From the NCBI RefSeq assembly GCF_964355755.1, contig NC_092671.1, positions 16,182,001 to 16,246,000 of the forward strand: 64,000 bases of DNA. Reading direction: 5' to 3'. Position numbers and translations under genes: made by a program. The first letter of the stretch is position 1, and each line of letters begins with the position of its first letter. Under the pieces are notes generated by a model. It saw nothing but the letters and a program-made list of their open reading frames with translations, had not been told where the DNA came from and made no database searches. Below, piece after piece: positions 1 through 12,200 of the stretch. The DNA comes from Antedon mediterranea. Taxonomy: Eukaryota > Animalia > Echinodermata.

Positions 1-431
1 TCAACACATCCCATGTGTTTTTACATTATTTGGTTCATTTCATGAAGTCATGAAAACAATCATTTTGTGCAAATTTCTTTAAAAACAAATGCCTAATTAA
101 AAAGTTAAATTGTTTGAGCTGCTGAGAGGTTGATGTTGGTTACAATGATATATCAAATATTCGTAAGTGCGTGACAAGCTTGTTCTACATGGAGGAGTTA
201 TTAGAATACTATAACAGACTTCTTTGTAGTTATTTATAAAGGGTACCCCCAAATTTGATATTTCTATTGTTATAATATCACTTTCATGCTTGCTCTATTG
301 TTATAAAATCAATCGTGACAACCACATTGTGAATAAAATGTGACGTTTTCTGACAATTAACAATAATGCTTAGTTAGACCACGAAGGAATTATATAAATA
401 ATTCATTCATGTGTTTCCCTGCTGCCTGTAA

Positions 432-586
432 TGCTCTGTCTACACTATCAAACTAGTTTGAATAAAGTGTTACATGTCCTAATATGGTAGGGATATTCCC
501 AAATATGGTAATGATATGACATTATCATGTCCATATATGAACACATAACATTTTTGTTGTCACAGTTTGATAGTGTAGACAGAGCT
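432..586. mobile_element. MITE family A (TIR AGCTCTGTCTACACTATCAAACT; PIF/Harbinger-like)
   Basis: Inverted termini, TAA duplicated on both sides; 8 copies or fragments in the window. Confidence 0.85.
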
Positions 587-1451
587 TAACTGGTGAGTTA
601 TGTACTTGTTTTTGGTTGAAATAAAATTAATTAAAATACAACATATAATGTGAATAAATACATTTACAAAGGTTAATATTTAAATATATCTTATTTTGGG
701 AGACTATTCAAATTTTACACAATGTAGTGAAGATTCACTGTACCATCACAATTAGGGCATTTTAACAAACAATTAGTTTCGCTTCAGCTAGACCAAATTA
801 AATTTCCATTGATTTCTTTTTTCTTTTTATTATATCTATACAAAAAAAAATCTTCGTCTTATAATTAAATATAAGTACTGCATTACCATATTTTTGTTAT
901 AAACTTTGCCTAAAGGTTACCCAATAGATGACAGAAAGTTGTGTTAGACATTTGGAGGCATAAGCCAGTTATACCATTGAGTAACTTTATAGTCATACAG
1001 AGCTTCCAAACCAACATACAGTACCCAGGTATGTATGCCTTTGAGGTGCAAGTTAGTCATATGAACTTAGGCTCCCCCAAATTCTTATATTTTGGTCTTT
1101 ATAAAAGTTAATAGAAATCTTCAATTGGTCTTTTTCTTTGGAAACACACATTATATCACTATATATTGACATTTAAAAACACAAGTTAAATCTAAAATAA
1201 TATTATTTCAACAACTGATATTAACAGTAGTGACACCATAACAGCTACATTTTAAATTTACAATATACAAATTAAAATCTATGATAAATATTATTACTAC
1301 CGCACATTCTTCTTAGATTATTGTTTTGAACATAAATTCTTCAAATTAATGTATTTTAACTTATCTATTATTAATATTTATTAACAATCAATGAGTTGGC
1401 TGTGAGCACCATTAGGTGTTACATAACATGTACCACGGAGAAATAAGCCAT

Positions 1452-1578
1452 AGCTCTGTATACACTAAGTGTGTTGTGCCTAAAAATAGTATAGTAATAA
1501 TATGACATCATCATGTCCATATATTTTAGGCACATCACATTTTGTTGTCACATCAAGTTTGATAGTGTAGAGAGAGCT
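1452..1578. mobile_element. MITE family A copy
   Basis: Same TIR and internal GATATGACATCATCATGTCCATATAT-like core. Confidence 0.8.
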
Positions 1579-2595
1579 TTAAAAGAAATAAACATATTTC
1601 TCCATGCATCATACAAAGTTTTCCTAATAAACTGTTTTCAACCATAAATAAGTTCACCATTATCACAATACTTTAATTCTTGCAGTTCAACATTCTGATT
1701 TGTGCCTTATGTGTGCCTTTTGTAAATCTTTCTAGACCTCGAGTTATTTACTATATTACAAAATTGGTAGATTAGACTAATGTGGTCAATATCCTATAGA
1801 TGTGAGGAATATTAACAACATTGTTTTGATGTATTATTATCTCAAAACTGGACTTTCTGAAAATGGAAACTTTCCCAAATTAGGGTAAGGTCTTCCACAC
1901 TATTTAAAATTTATTCTGAAAACCATTCGAGAAAGTCTAAGTGCGTCCAGATTGAAGAATTTTAATCGTACATTATTTCTTTCTAAAAATCATTAAAATT
2001 AATTCCAGATTTGCAGAGTCTGAATGTAATATTCTACTTAAAATTCACAGACTTTGGTTTCCCAGCGCATTCTTCATAGGCGTGTAATGTATACCTGAAC
2101 ATATGCTGATAACCTTTCTAAAAGCTTAAACATTAACAATAATTTACTCCTCAGAAAGCCTACCAGTAAATTAATTAAAGTAATTTCTGGCCTGGCAATA
2201 AGTGCAATCATTTAACCAATCAATGTTTTACTGTACTGTATTCTTCATTTAGAATATTGATTGTTATACCAGCTAGCTAGCTACTAGCTACACACATCTA
2301 AACTGCACTTTATAGGTACATGTAGGGTGCTCAGTATAACAAGACATTAGACACGGTAAACCTTCAGGTGTTTAACCACATTGTTGAAAGAAAACTGAAA
2401 CAAAAAAAAACAATATATCATTTAAGCTACAGTACTTCAAATTAGTTTTTCAATTATCATTGTGTTAGTTGGTGTACAAGTACCCACTGCTTCCTTGGAG
2501 GCAGAAGGTCTTGGGTTCAAGTCCCACCTAAGAATTGCAAATTTTCATCAAACTTTATGGCAAAAATTGACTAAGTAACCATTAGGAGGGAATGA

Positions 2596-2740
2596 AGCTC
2601 TGTCTATGTGATATATATATATATATATATATGGACACGATGATGTCATATCACTACCATATTTGTGTATATCACTACAACATTTGGGCACATCACCCTT
2701 TTTTGTCAAACTACAGTATTTTGATAGTGTAGAAAGGGCT
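2596..2740. mobile_element. MITE family A copy with internal (AT)n
   Basis: Same termini and core, degenerate. Confidence 0.75.
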
Positions 2741-3167
2741 TAACATTAACAACTCAACTTGCTTACAACTCCCTGACACAAGTTTCTCTATAGAAAATCT
2801 TATAAATATTATTTTTTATCATTACATATTATTTATTTAAATATTGTTATATAAAAATATTGTTATTGTTACATAAATGAAAATGACCCAAACAATACAA
2901 TTTATTACATTTTATTACCAAAAATATATTTTTTATTTGTAAATACTTTTTATAATGCAATGAGTGCTAGAGGTGAAGTTGAAATTACAAGTATAATAAA
3001 AAAAAGGATGTTAAAATAGTAATTGGGAAAACAAACTCTACAGGTGGTGTTAATTCAAACAGTGCTTATAACAAATAAAACACAAATTTGCATATGAAAG
3101 GTGTAGTTATAATATTGAAAAGAAATCTGCATGATATTAACTGTTAATTTACCTGCAATATTCCTCC

Positions 3168-3278
3168 TCACTTGAAGGAAGGTAGATTTGGAAGCTGGAT
3201 GTTAGGTGTAGGAATGTTGGGCAGATTAATACTTTTGACAGCAGCAGCTGCTCTGGCTGGGGCAGCAGATAGACCAGC
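3168..3278 (-). CDS. AP3S1: AP3S exon 6 (stop)
   Basis: AGLSAAPARAAAAVKSINLPNIPTPNIQLPNLPSFK-TGA. Confidence 0.93.
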   Translation of the reverse strand, partial: AGLSAAPARAAAAVKSINLPNIPTPNIQLPNLPSFK

Positions 3279-6200
3279 CTACAGTAAGATTACAATAATA
3301 TTATTAAATGGGCTTGCTAATACTATATCAATGAGCTTTGAAATTTACACAACTTTATAACCACTATTGCTCATAAGACAAAAAACAGGTAATACCTGTA
3401 TAGCTTTTAAACAAAAATTCTTTCAAAATTGGCAAAACAGTGTTGATCACATGTCAATTTTACTTGAATTTAGGGCACCATTGATCCAGGATTTTGTTAA
3501 CATGGGACAAAGCGCTAAAATATAATATTAATAGTCGGCCAAAAGTAGATAAAAAAGTAGTTACTTAATTTTAAGTAGGATCTGTACCCCATGGATCGTT
3601 TATTATTGGATTATTTGATTAATTATTATGCAAATTACAGTGCTCAATAGTGTAATTAAAGCACCCTCCACCAGCTTGTTACATGCCTGTATGTGCACAG
3701 GTAGGTGTAGCCTTACCTCTTGTTTTTCCAATTTACTTTGTTCATCAATCCTAGTCAATATCTCTGTCATGTTTGTTTCTAGTACCATGCCACCCATCAC
3801 AAGCTCCGACAATATATAGTGCACCTATTTATAATATTGGATGTGTTAAAAGATGTATTGCCCTCCATCCAAAACATAATGAATAGGCCATTTTGTAGTG
3901 TCCATAAAGTTATTCACTTTTGCCAAAAATGAAAGTGATTTTGTTTAATATTCTTTCACAAGTATCTATCATTAATCTTTCTATTATCTGTTTTGATAAA
4001 ACTGTATTTCACAGTATTTATAGTACTCATATAGTACTTTTCATTTTACAACCTGTTTAAAAGATCAAGGAACTTTTAGAGAAGTGGTTTAAAATTACAA
4101 GGAATATAAACAGGTCAATTTTAATGGATTCCTACAAAGTATTTCAATACAAAAAAAAGTAGTTCAAATCTACTGTTAAACAGCTTGATCTTTATATTAG
4201 TTAACAATGCCTTTTGTGTTGAAATGTGTCACCTGAACGCACCTTTTTATTTTGAAGGTCAGGTGTTAATTCAACTATTAAACAGGTAGTTATTACTCCT
4301 GTGTAAAGATATTTAGTACAGTATAGGAGTTTACAACTACTTTGTATAAATGGTAGAACTCCATGTTAAATGTTAATATATTTATATAGCTTCTTGTTCC
4401 ATAAACAATGTCGTCTCAATGCGCTTGAGAGAGGGAAAAAATAAGTAAACCAAGAAAAAGCCTAACAACCTAAACAATAAAATGATCAATAAATGATATT
4501 GCACAAAAATGTTATGCATAAGTTACAAAAGAGTGTACTAGTTCACACACAGCAACTGTCACAAACTCATCATAGTACTATACACTGGGCCCTCTATGAG
4601 AACAGTCTTTGACTGAAGGGGCTATCCAGTACAAAGAATAAATAATTCATAATTCAGCGGTAGGTACCAGCATGGTTGGTTAAAACTGACCATTTATTAT
4701 TTTTTAACGCACATACTAGCTTTTTCTGTTCAATTTCAAGTACAATAGTTCATTTTTTGTAATGAAATTACAGATTTACATCCAAAACAGTATCCAGTTT
4801 ACCAATGAATTCACCCATTTATCAAATTCTATTGACGCTACTGCACCTTTTTTTGGCTCAGTCGTTTCACATCGAAAGAAAGCATGTAGGGATACTGTAT
4901 TATATTATGCTATGAGGTATACAGTATTTCAAGATAGAGGGCAGCAGATTGTTAAATCTAATTTATACCCTTCATAATCAAAAATTGTTTTGCTTATGAA
5001 ATTACAAATTCTACTAAACTAATAAGACTGACTAAAACCAAAGAAATTAATTTCATGCTGTATTGAAAACTTCAGACCTACCTTGTCAACATGGAATATT
5101 AGGTCTAATTCACAAACATTCTCAAAACATTTATCTAGTGTTTCAACAAAAACCTGAAACATAAATCAATAAACTGTAAAGCATTGAGATATTATAGTGA
5201 AAAATAATATCACTATAATATCTCAATGGTAAAAGCTAAGCTTTTCATTTAACAGGATGTTAGACAATAGGTCTTTTTTTATTTAAACTTTGACCCTTGA
5301 TTTGTGTTATACTGTTAGAAATTCTCCATTGGACTCCAAGATGGAGTCGAAATGTTGTTCTTTTTTAAGCATTATTTTCCTATTATTTAAACTTCATTGG
5401 ATTGCAAAATCTAGCTTACTTGCCAACACTAATACAGTTCAATAATGCGTTCAAAACTGGAATGGAAAGTTTAAATGTTGGTTCAGGATTACATAATAAG
5501 CGGAAACCTAACAAGTAGCCTACCTGTATAAGATCTAAAATTCCAAGCTCACTTTCTGAGGAATCAACACAGAAAACAAAGTATAATGTAGCATAATGTC
5601 TGTACACTATTTTGTAATCTGAGCCTCCAATTAATCTAAAAATAAAACAAAAAAATGAATATGAAGATGTTTTCCTTCAAAAAATAATTTACCTTACCTT
5701 GGAACAGTAGATAAAGACATGTTTAAATTACATTTAAGGATGTAATCAGAGCAATCGTAAGTAAGCCTTAAAGTAGCAGTTTGTAAGCTCTGGGTAGTGC
5801 TTGTGAAGACACTCTTTGTATTAAGTTATTTAAACCGTTCTACAGACAATGTGCTACCAGGAAGATGTAAAATAAACCTGGTGCTATTTCTGCATACACA
5901 AGGAATGATACATGCTAGCGAACTAGCATTGCGTAGACGCAATTAATACTTCAAAGCAGCCTTGCAAGTAAATGCACCTTGTATTAAGCATCGTGTAGAA
6001 TAGATGCTCACTAAAATATATAATGTTCAGTCGATGTACAGTAACTTTACCTCAGATGAAAGGCCGTCTGAACATCTATTCTATTGTTAGCATATTTTTC
6101 ATAATAAAACAGTATACTGTATATTCTAAAATACATATTTATTAAATGACAAAAAAAGCTAGAGCACACATTATTAATAATCATTTAATATTTTACTCAC

Positions 6201-6749
6201 GATCCAGCCTCTAAGAAATTACAGACATTGTCATCTCGCTTTGAAACAAGGTGAAATGTCTCACGGATAAACTGTTGCTGCATATCTTCATTCTAAAAAA
6301 TATTTAAACAAATACAGTTAGGCTATGCCTAGAAGTACTGTATTTTGTAGGCCTTGCTAGTCTAGTATTTATTAAAATGCTGGTACCCATCCATTTCATT
6401 AAACAATTACACTTAATACATAACATATTTATTCTCAGTTAGGCCTAGTATGCTGTAGTAAGTCTTTTTTAAAACGTAACATACAAGCAGGCCTAGGCTA
6501 TGGTCTACTTTTTCCACTAGCCTGTCTACTACTGCCGGCTGACTGCTGTGCGGTCGCTGTGTGCGGTCGCTGATGTCTGGCCCGCCTCTCTGTCTGATAG
6601 GCCTAGGATTAATGATGATAAATACCCGCTTAGATCAATATAAATATCATTTTTTAAACAATGTACATAATAATACTTACAAAATACGTGTAAAATTTTG
6701 AAAGCCGTGGTTTCCCATGGTTATTAAATACTAATATTGCCTTTATCAT
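3168..6749 (-). CDS. AP3S1: AP-3 adaptor complex subunit sigma (sigma-3), 6 coding exons, 187 aa
   Basis: Exons 6681-6749, 6201-6292, 5524-5635, 5082-5153, 3717-3824, 3168-3278, all GT-AG and in phase. Translation MIKAILVFNNHGKPRLSKFY...RETFHLVSKRDDNVCNFLE...YRHYATLYFVFCVDSSESELGILDLIQVFVETLDKCFENVCELDLIFH...LPNLPSFK* is the recognisable sigma-3 sequence (probably co-orthologous to AP3S1 and AP3S2). Confidence 0.96.
3717..3824 (-). CDS. AP3S1: AP3S exon 5
   Basis: VHYILSELVMGGMVLETNMTEILTRIDEQSKLEKQE. Confidence 0.95.
5082..5153 (-). CDS. AP3S1: AP3S exon 4
   Basis: VFVETLDKCFENVCELDLIFHVDK. Confidence 0.95.
5524..5635 (-). CDS. AP3S1: AP3S exon 3
   Basis: LIGGSDYKIVYRHYATLYFVFCVDSSESELGILDLIQ. 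Confidence 0.95.
6201..6292 (-). CDS. AP3S1: AP3S exon 2
   Basis: NEDMQQQFIRETFHLVSKRDDNVCNFLEAG(S); ttttag acceptor, gtgagt donor. Confidence 0.95.
6681..6749 (-). CDS. AP3S1: AP3S exon 1
   Basis: ATG at 6749; MIKAILVFNNHGKPRLSKFYTYF; donor gtaagt. Confidence 0.95.
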
Positions 6750-7509
6750 ATTTTTTGATAAAATTTCTGCTTTTTCTTGACCGAAATAACGCCCTCTTTA
6801 GAAAAATCGATTTATGATTAGATGATGCACGCCCTCTATTTTATTCGTAAAATCAAAGAATATATAATTATTATATTCTTTGGTAAAATTACACCCCTAC
6901 ATCTCGCTGACATGATACACCCAGCCTTCGGCTTATAACAACTCTCTGTACATACACACCCAAGATAAGAGATAGCGGGAAGAAGTTTGTTTGCAAGCTA
7001 AAAAAAGAACAAAAAAAGTGCCCATTAAACTTTAAAAGTTGTATAATAATGATGGTTTCAACTTCAAACACGTTTTAAAAAAAAAAGTGATACAAAATAT
7101 ATATTGATTGATTCAATTAGCCTAAGGTACGCCGACCAAATAAATTTATAATTGTATATCAAATAACAGTTTTTGCAGGTGGTATAACAATAAAATACAT
7201 AAAATTATAAATATTACATTACTAATACTAACTATTAATTAAGAATCAGAATTGAATAATTATTTTGTGTTTCAATTTGATTGGTCAATTAGGCATCACG
7301 TGTCATTTTAGAATTACTATCTAAGGAAAAAGTGATTTCTAATGGCATCGACTTGACTGATCGGTTCGGAAATCAACTTGTCTATCTAGGCCTACTCCTC
7401 GTCTAATGTTGGAGGGCACTCATGCCTACTTGCTATAGCCGAGCTTCCCGGCCTAATTCGAATGGTTTTTTGCGATATTGAACGTTATAGATGTGTTATA
7501 AAACAAATA

Positions 7510-8330
7510 ATTTTATTTATATTTATCTTATTCAGTTCACAACCAACAGCGATGAAACCGCCACTAACAGGTTGAATCTAAACATAATAAACTATAATAA
7601 TACATTCAAATAAGCAACAATAACATAAACAAAGATTGGAACATTATAGAGATTTAACAATGTTACCCTTAAATACATTCAAACTATCATAAAATAAATC
7701 GATATCCAAACAATTAGTAACAAGCACACTATTAAATGTGTTAGTAACCGTGCATTCAACACGACCACAAGGAACGTGAAGCAAACACTGCAGCGAGAGT
7801 ACGAGTTGGTATATTCAACTTAAACAAAGCAACAAGAGGAGAATCAAACAGAATTAAAAGAGTATATAAAAAACAACTCTATGATTTTCAAGAGAAATAA
7901 TATAAGACAAAACTTTATAATTAAGACAAGTGCGAGTAAGGAATCTAATAAATTTGTTCTGAACATTAGAAATACGAAGAGATTGTGTACAAGAAATTGA
8001 ATTATAAATGACTGAACAGTATTTCAGTCGGGCCGGGGGCGCACGACTGAACGGTACAATGATGTTAATGCTCCACCATTGCCCATGAATCTACAGTTCC
8101 TCCACAACAAACCCAGCATTCTATTTGCCTTACATAATTAATTGCCAACATATTAACATGCACACAAAGATTTACATTTACTTATTTTTAAAGAAAGTTT
8201 CCATTTCTCAGCCCATCCCACAAGATAATTCAGATCCTCTTGCAGTAGAAGTCAGTTGAAGATATTACTTTAGACAACTTAAAGTCATTAAGTTGGTCTG
8301 ACACAATCTTCATGAAACCATGCTGAACCG
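7510..8330 (-). mobile_element. Degenerate CR1/L2-like LINE 3' fragment between AP3S and CDO1
   Basis: Minus-strand KANRMLGLLWRN-like RT C-terminal motif near 8095-8135 and an A-rich 3' tail near 7510-7535. Confidence 0.55.
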
Positions 8331-8809
8331 AAGTACGGTAATAACTGAACTTAAATGTTTAAAAATCGCATCGTGAACAATTCCTAATATTAATAATGAA
8401 TGTTTTGTTTTCGTTGAATGGAGAGAACATTTAATTCGAAGAAAAATTGACTGTTCTATTTTCAATTTGGCTCCGCCTTTGGTAAATTATCAATAGACCA
8501 GTACATTTTTCAACTCATGAAATATTCTCGTCATCCAACTCATAAATATAGTAAACATTCATTATCTTTGTATACTAACTTCTATAATGCGGGCAACATG
8601 GTTCCCATAGAAAAAAAAAACGCATTGACCTATCCAAAAAGGGGGACGTCATTCATTCCATGTTTCGGTCTTTATAGCTATATAAGGAAGCGTAAGTAAA
8701 AGACAAACTATTTTTAAAAACCCTATAAAACATCTAAGTAAAGTATTGTACATAATATTATTATAGATCCTTTTATAAAACTTTGTTCACCTATAGAGGG
8801 AGCTAAAAA

Positions 8810-8935
8810 GCGGTGATCGATAGAAAATGTGACGTCATTACAGTACGTGGCCTTCGTCGTCGGCGCGCCGTCGTCGACACGATTTGTTATTTTTCCCATT
8901 CATAAAATCGACATGCGCGTTTTATAAGCCAATAA
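8810..8935 (+). promoter_or_regulatory. CpG-rich CDO1 proximal promoter with CRE and TATA/CCAAT-like motifs
   Basis: TGACGTCA at 8830-8837, dense CpGs 8845-8920, TTTATAAG ~8920, CCAAT ~8929; roughly 140-260 bp upstream of the ATG. Confidence 0.5.
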
Positions 8936-9071
8936 ACTGCTGGTGGTAGTCTCTCTGGTACGTGTGTCCAAAAACGACACAAGCCTAATACTAATAGAAG
9001 AGGCCTAGCTCCTTCCTTAGCAATTACAAATTAATTTTTATTAAAGTCAACTTATTATCAGAAGTTTCAAA

Positions 9072-9235
9072 ATGAATTCTCCATTATCCTACTGTACGAT
9101 AGATACATTAGGAGAAACTTTGACTGAAATATTTTCATCGGAGAGAGTAAATATCGAAGAAGTTCAAACAGTTATGGAAAATTACAAGAGCAGTGCACTC
9201 GATTGGAAAAAATATGCACACTTTGACCCACACAG
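9072..9235 (+). CDS. CDO1: CDO1 exon 1
   Basis: [54 protein letters not shown](R); donor gtaggt. Confidence 0.92.
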
Positions 9236-12200
9236 GTAGGTCCATATAAACATCTTGTAAGTTAGTTGCTTTAAGATAAGGTTATATAACCTAGGTTCTA
9301 AGTCTTTTTATTACTAAATAAACTATAATTGCTCAAATACTTTAAATTAACTCATTTTTCATCATCCTTATTGTCTTGTTTCATGGCACATAAACTACAG
9401 TATTTTAAAACTAAATACTAGCTAGGCCTAGGCTAGGCCTTAGACTTAGAATTAGGTTGGATAGGACAATTTAAGGATTTATTAATATTATGCCATTTAT
9501 AGTTTATTTTTGTATTGATTTTTTATCTTTTTAATTTAGGTATACAAGAAACTTGGCAAATGAAGGAAATGGAAGGTTTAATCTTATTGTTTTGTGCTGG
9601 GGTGAAGGAATGGGCAGGTATGATTTTTAATGTTATTAATATTAATAATAAACATTAAAAAACTATATAAATTGAATTCATATTTATTGTCTAGTTCAGC
9701 AATCGATCGTTTAAAGTATGTGTTGTTAAAGCAATATAAATAATAATAATATTTGGTAGAATTATTAGGCCTTGAAGTGAGTGTGAATAGTACTGAGACC
9801 CGGTAATCTGGAAATCACATCTTCCAACAAATTAATAAGTATACATTATATACAGACTTACTTGAACTCCACACAGATAGATAACAACTATTCTAAGTGC
9901 TATAATTCCCTTAAAATTATACATTATTTATTTGAATAATTTCTGGGGTGTTTATAGTTCAGTAGGAGGGTGGGAGGCTTTATTCAAAATGATGTTCTAT
10001 TGGGGCATTTTCGAGGGAGGTGTTTATTTGAATAAATACAATAATAGAGTACTAATTAAAAACTATACAATGAAAATATTGTTTGACCAGATGATGCTAA
10101 CTGCAAATATGTTATACCATCATATTTGTCAAGTACAACAGTAATGTCACATGATGTATGTAATGTAAATATATCAATTCTGTCGTAGTAAACATATTGC
10201 TCCTTCGTATCTAGTTTCTCTATAAATTAATACCTGCAAATTTATTATTTATAAACATTTTATATAATAATAATAATATTTATTCGGCAAAAGTTCATAA
10301 AGTACATTTTACAATTCATCTTGCCAGGAGCAAGTATAGGCATGAGCCCAAACAGAAAACTGCTCTTACTCCATCATTACTTATAAAATACAAAAATAAC
10401 AAAACTAAGTAGCACAAATTAAGTCAAAATAAAACAAAACAAAGTTATAATGAGATACACCAATTAAAAATAAGCTGCATTGAATAAACAATATAAACAA
10501 TTACAACTTAATATTTTGAGATCAAATGTTTGATGAGTTGGGCTTTAAAGTCTGAAATTGTAGCACATTGTTTAATTTCATTGGGAAGTTGCTCCCATAA
10601 TCTAGGGAAAATAACAAACGATGAATTTAAAAATGTATTGGTCTTTGCCTTCCAATGTATTAACCGCCCTTCACACCTCTCACTTGATCTCACAAACTCA
10701 TTAAAGGATGATGGACAGAGGCCATGCATTATTTTAAAACCTAATACACTTTAAATATATCTTCAATACTTAAAATATTTAGGGTCTTTAACCTATATAA
10801 ATATGAAGTGTCCCAATTTCCTTCTTTTCTGTACATAATTATTCTAGTGGCCTTTCTCTGAACCCTTTCAAGTCTATACATATGAGAAATTTCAGTAGGT
10901 GCCCACATACAACAACAGTAAGTAACAGTATTAGTGCTTTGTAAAGATTTAGCATTGCCATCCAAGACATTGCTTTACTACATCTTGAAACAAAACCAAG
11001 AAGTTTGCTTGCCTTACTACAACAAACATAATCTACATGAGAGTGGCATGTTAATTTACTGTTGATATATACACCAAGTAGTTTGAATTCATGGACTCTT
11101 TCCGTTGAATCGGAATTGATATCGTAAGCAAATATGATGGGATCTTTACACCTGGATAAACTCATTGCTGCACATTTTGATGCATTTAATGGTAGTTTAT
11201 TTAAAACTGACCATTCATAAATATCTTATTTATATCACTCTGTAACTTTATACAGTCTTCTAATTCATGAATAGGTCTTGAAATGGTATTGTCATCTGCA
11301 AATTATATTATATGGATAGAGATATTAAATAATTAATTGTAAAATGATGAAATCTAAAAAAATTATACAAAATAAATTTAATAAAACTTAAGTCAACACA
11401 GTACTCTATGTTTATTGTCAATGGCATATTCAAACAAAACAAAATTAAAGCTGGCAAGCAAAAATTGATTTTCTACTCTACTGTAGCAGTTTGTTGTCTG
11501 TGCAAAATCTACATTGTGTATTATTGGCCCAATTGAGGGAAAACATTATACATAAAAATTTTTTAAATCATAAATTCTCTAACTTTTTGAACTACTGTAG
11601 CATCCATTTATCAGTGAAGTTGACAAAGAAATCCATATACTGTACTGCAGTCAGTATTTATACAGACAGCTCTCCCAGTAGAGGACTCTCTGAAAACCAA
11701 AAACTCTCCCAAAAAACAATATTTTGTTTGAGGTTCAAAGGGTCCCAAATTCATTTTTAACATTAAAAGTCTTTCCAAATACCATACTTTCCGAAACACC
11801 AGGCTTTTGGCCAGCCCAAAGGTGTCTGGTACTTGAGAGAATTGACTGTTGGCCAACAGGAATTTTATAAAATACAGCTGCACTGTTACAGTATTTCTAA
11901 AAGAGTCTACCAGTTGATGTTTACAGTTTATAATGACCAGCATACCTGGGTAAAAATACAATAGCCGTTGCTATGATAGTACAAAATAATACCTTTATTA
12001 TTATAGTTACCAATTCATTACATACACATATACTGTACTTAGTTGACTGAATATATTGAAAGAAATCCAATTTTGTGAACAATCACACTTCTTAAAATCA
12101 CTCATTCAGTATTCACATTACATAGTAATGGCCCATGTGATTAATTTTTGTATTGTACAGTATACCGATTTATGGCCTATTAAAGTTTAGTTTATTATGT

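Noticed and set aside
3172-3360. Plus-strand ORF resembling a signal peptide (LILLTAAAALAGAA)
   Set aside because: Antisense reading of AP3S exon 6.
6750-9071. An ATG12 gene between AP3S and CDO1, expected from human synteny
   Set aside because: No ubiquitin-like ATG12 motifs or compatible exons seen; the interval holds decayed repeats.
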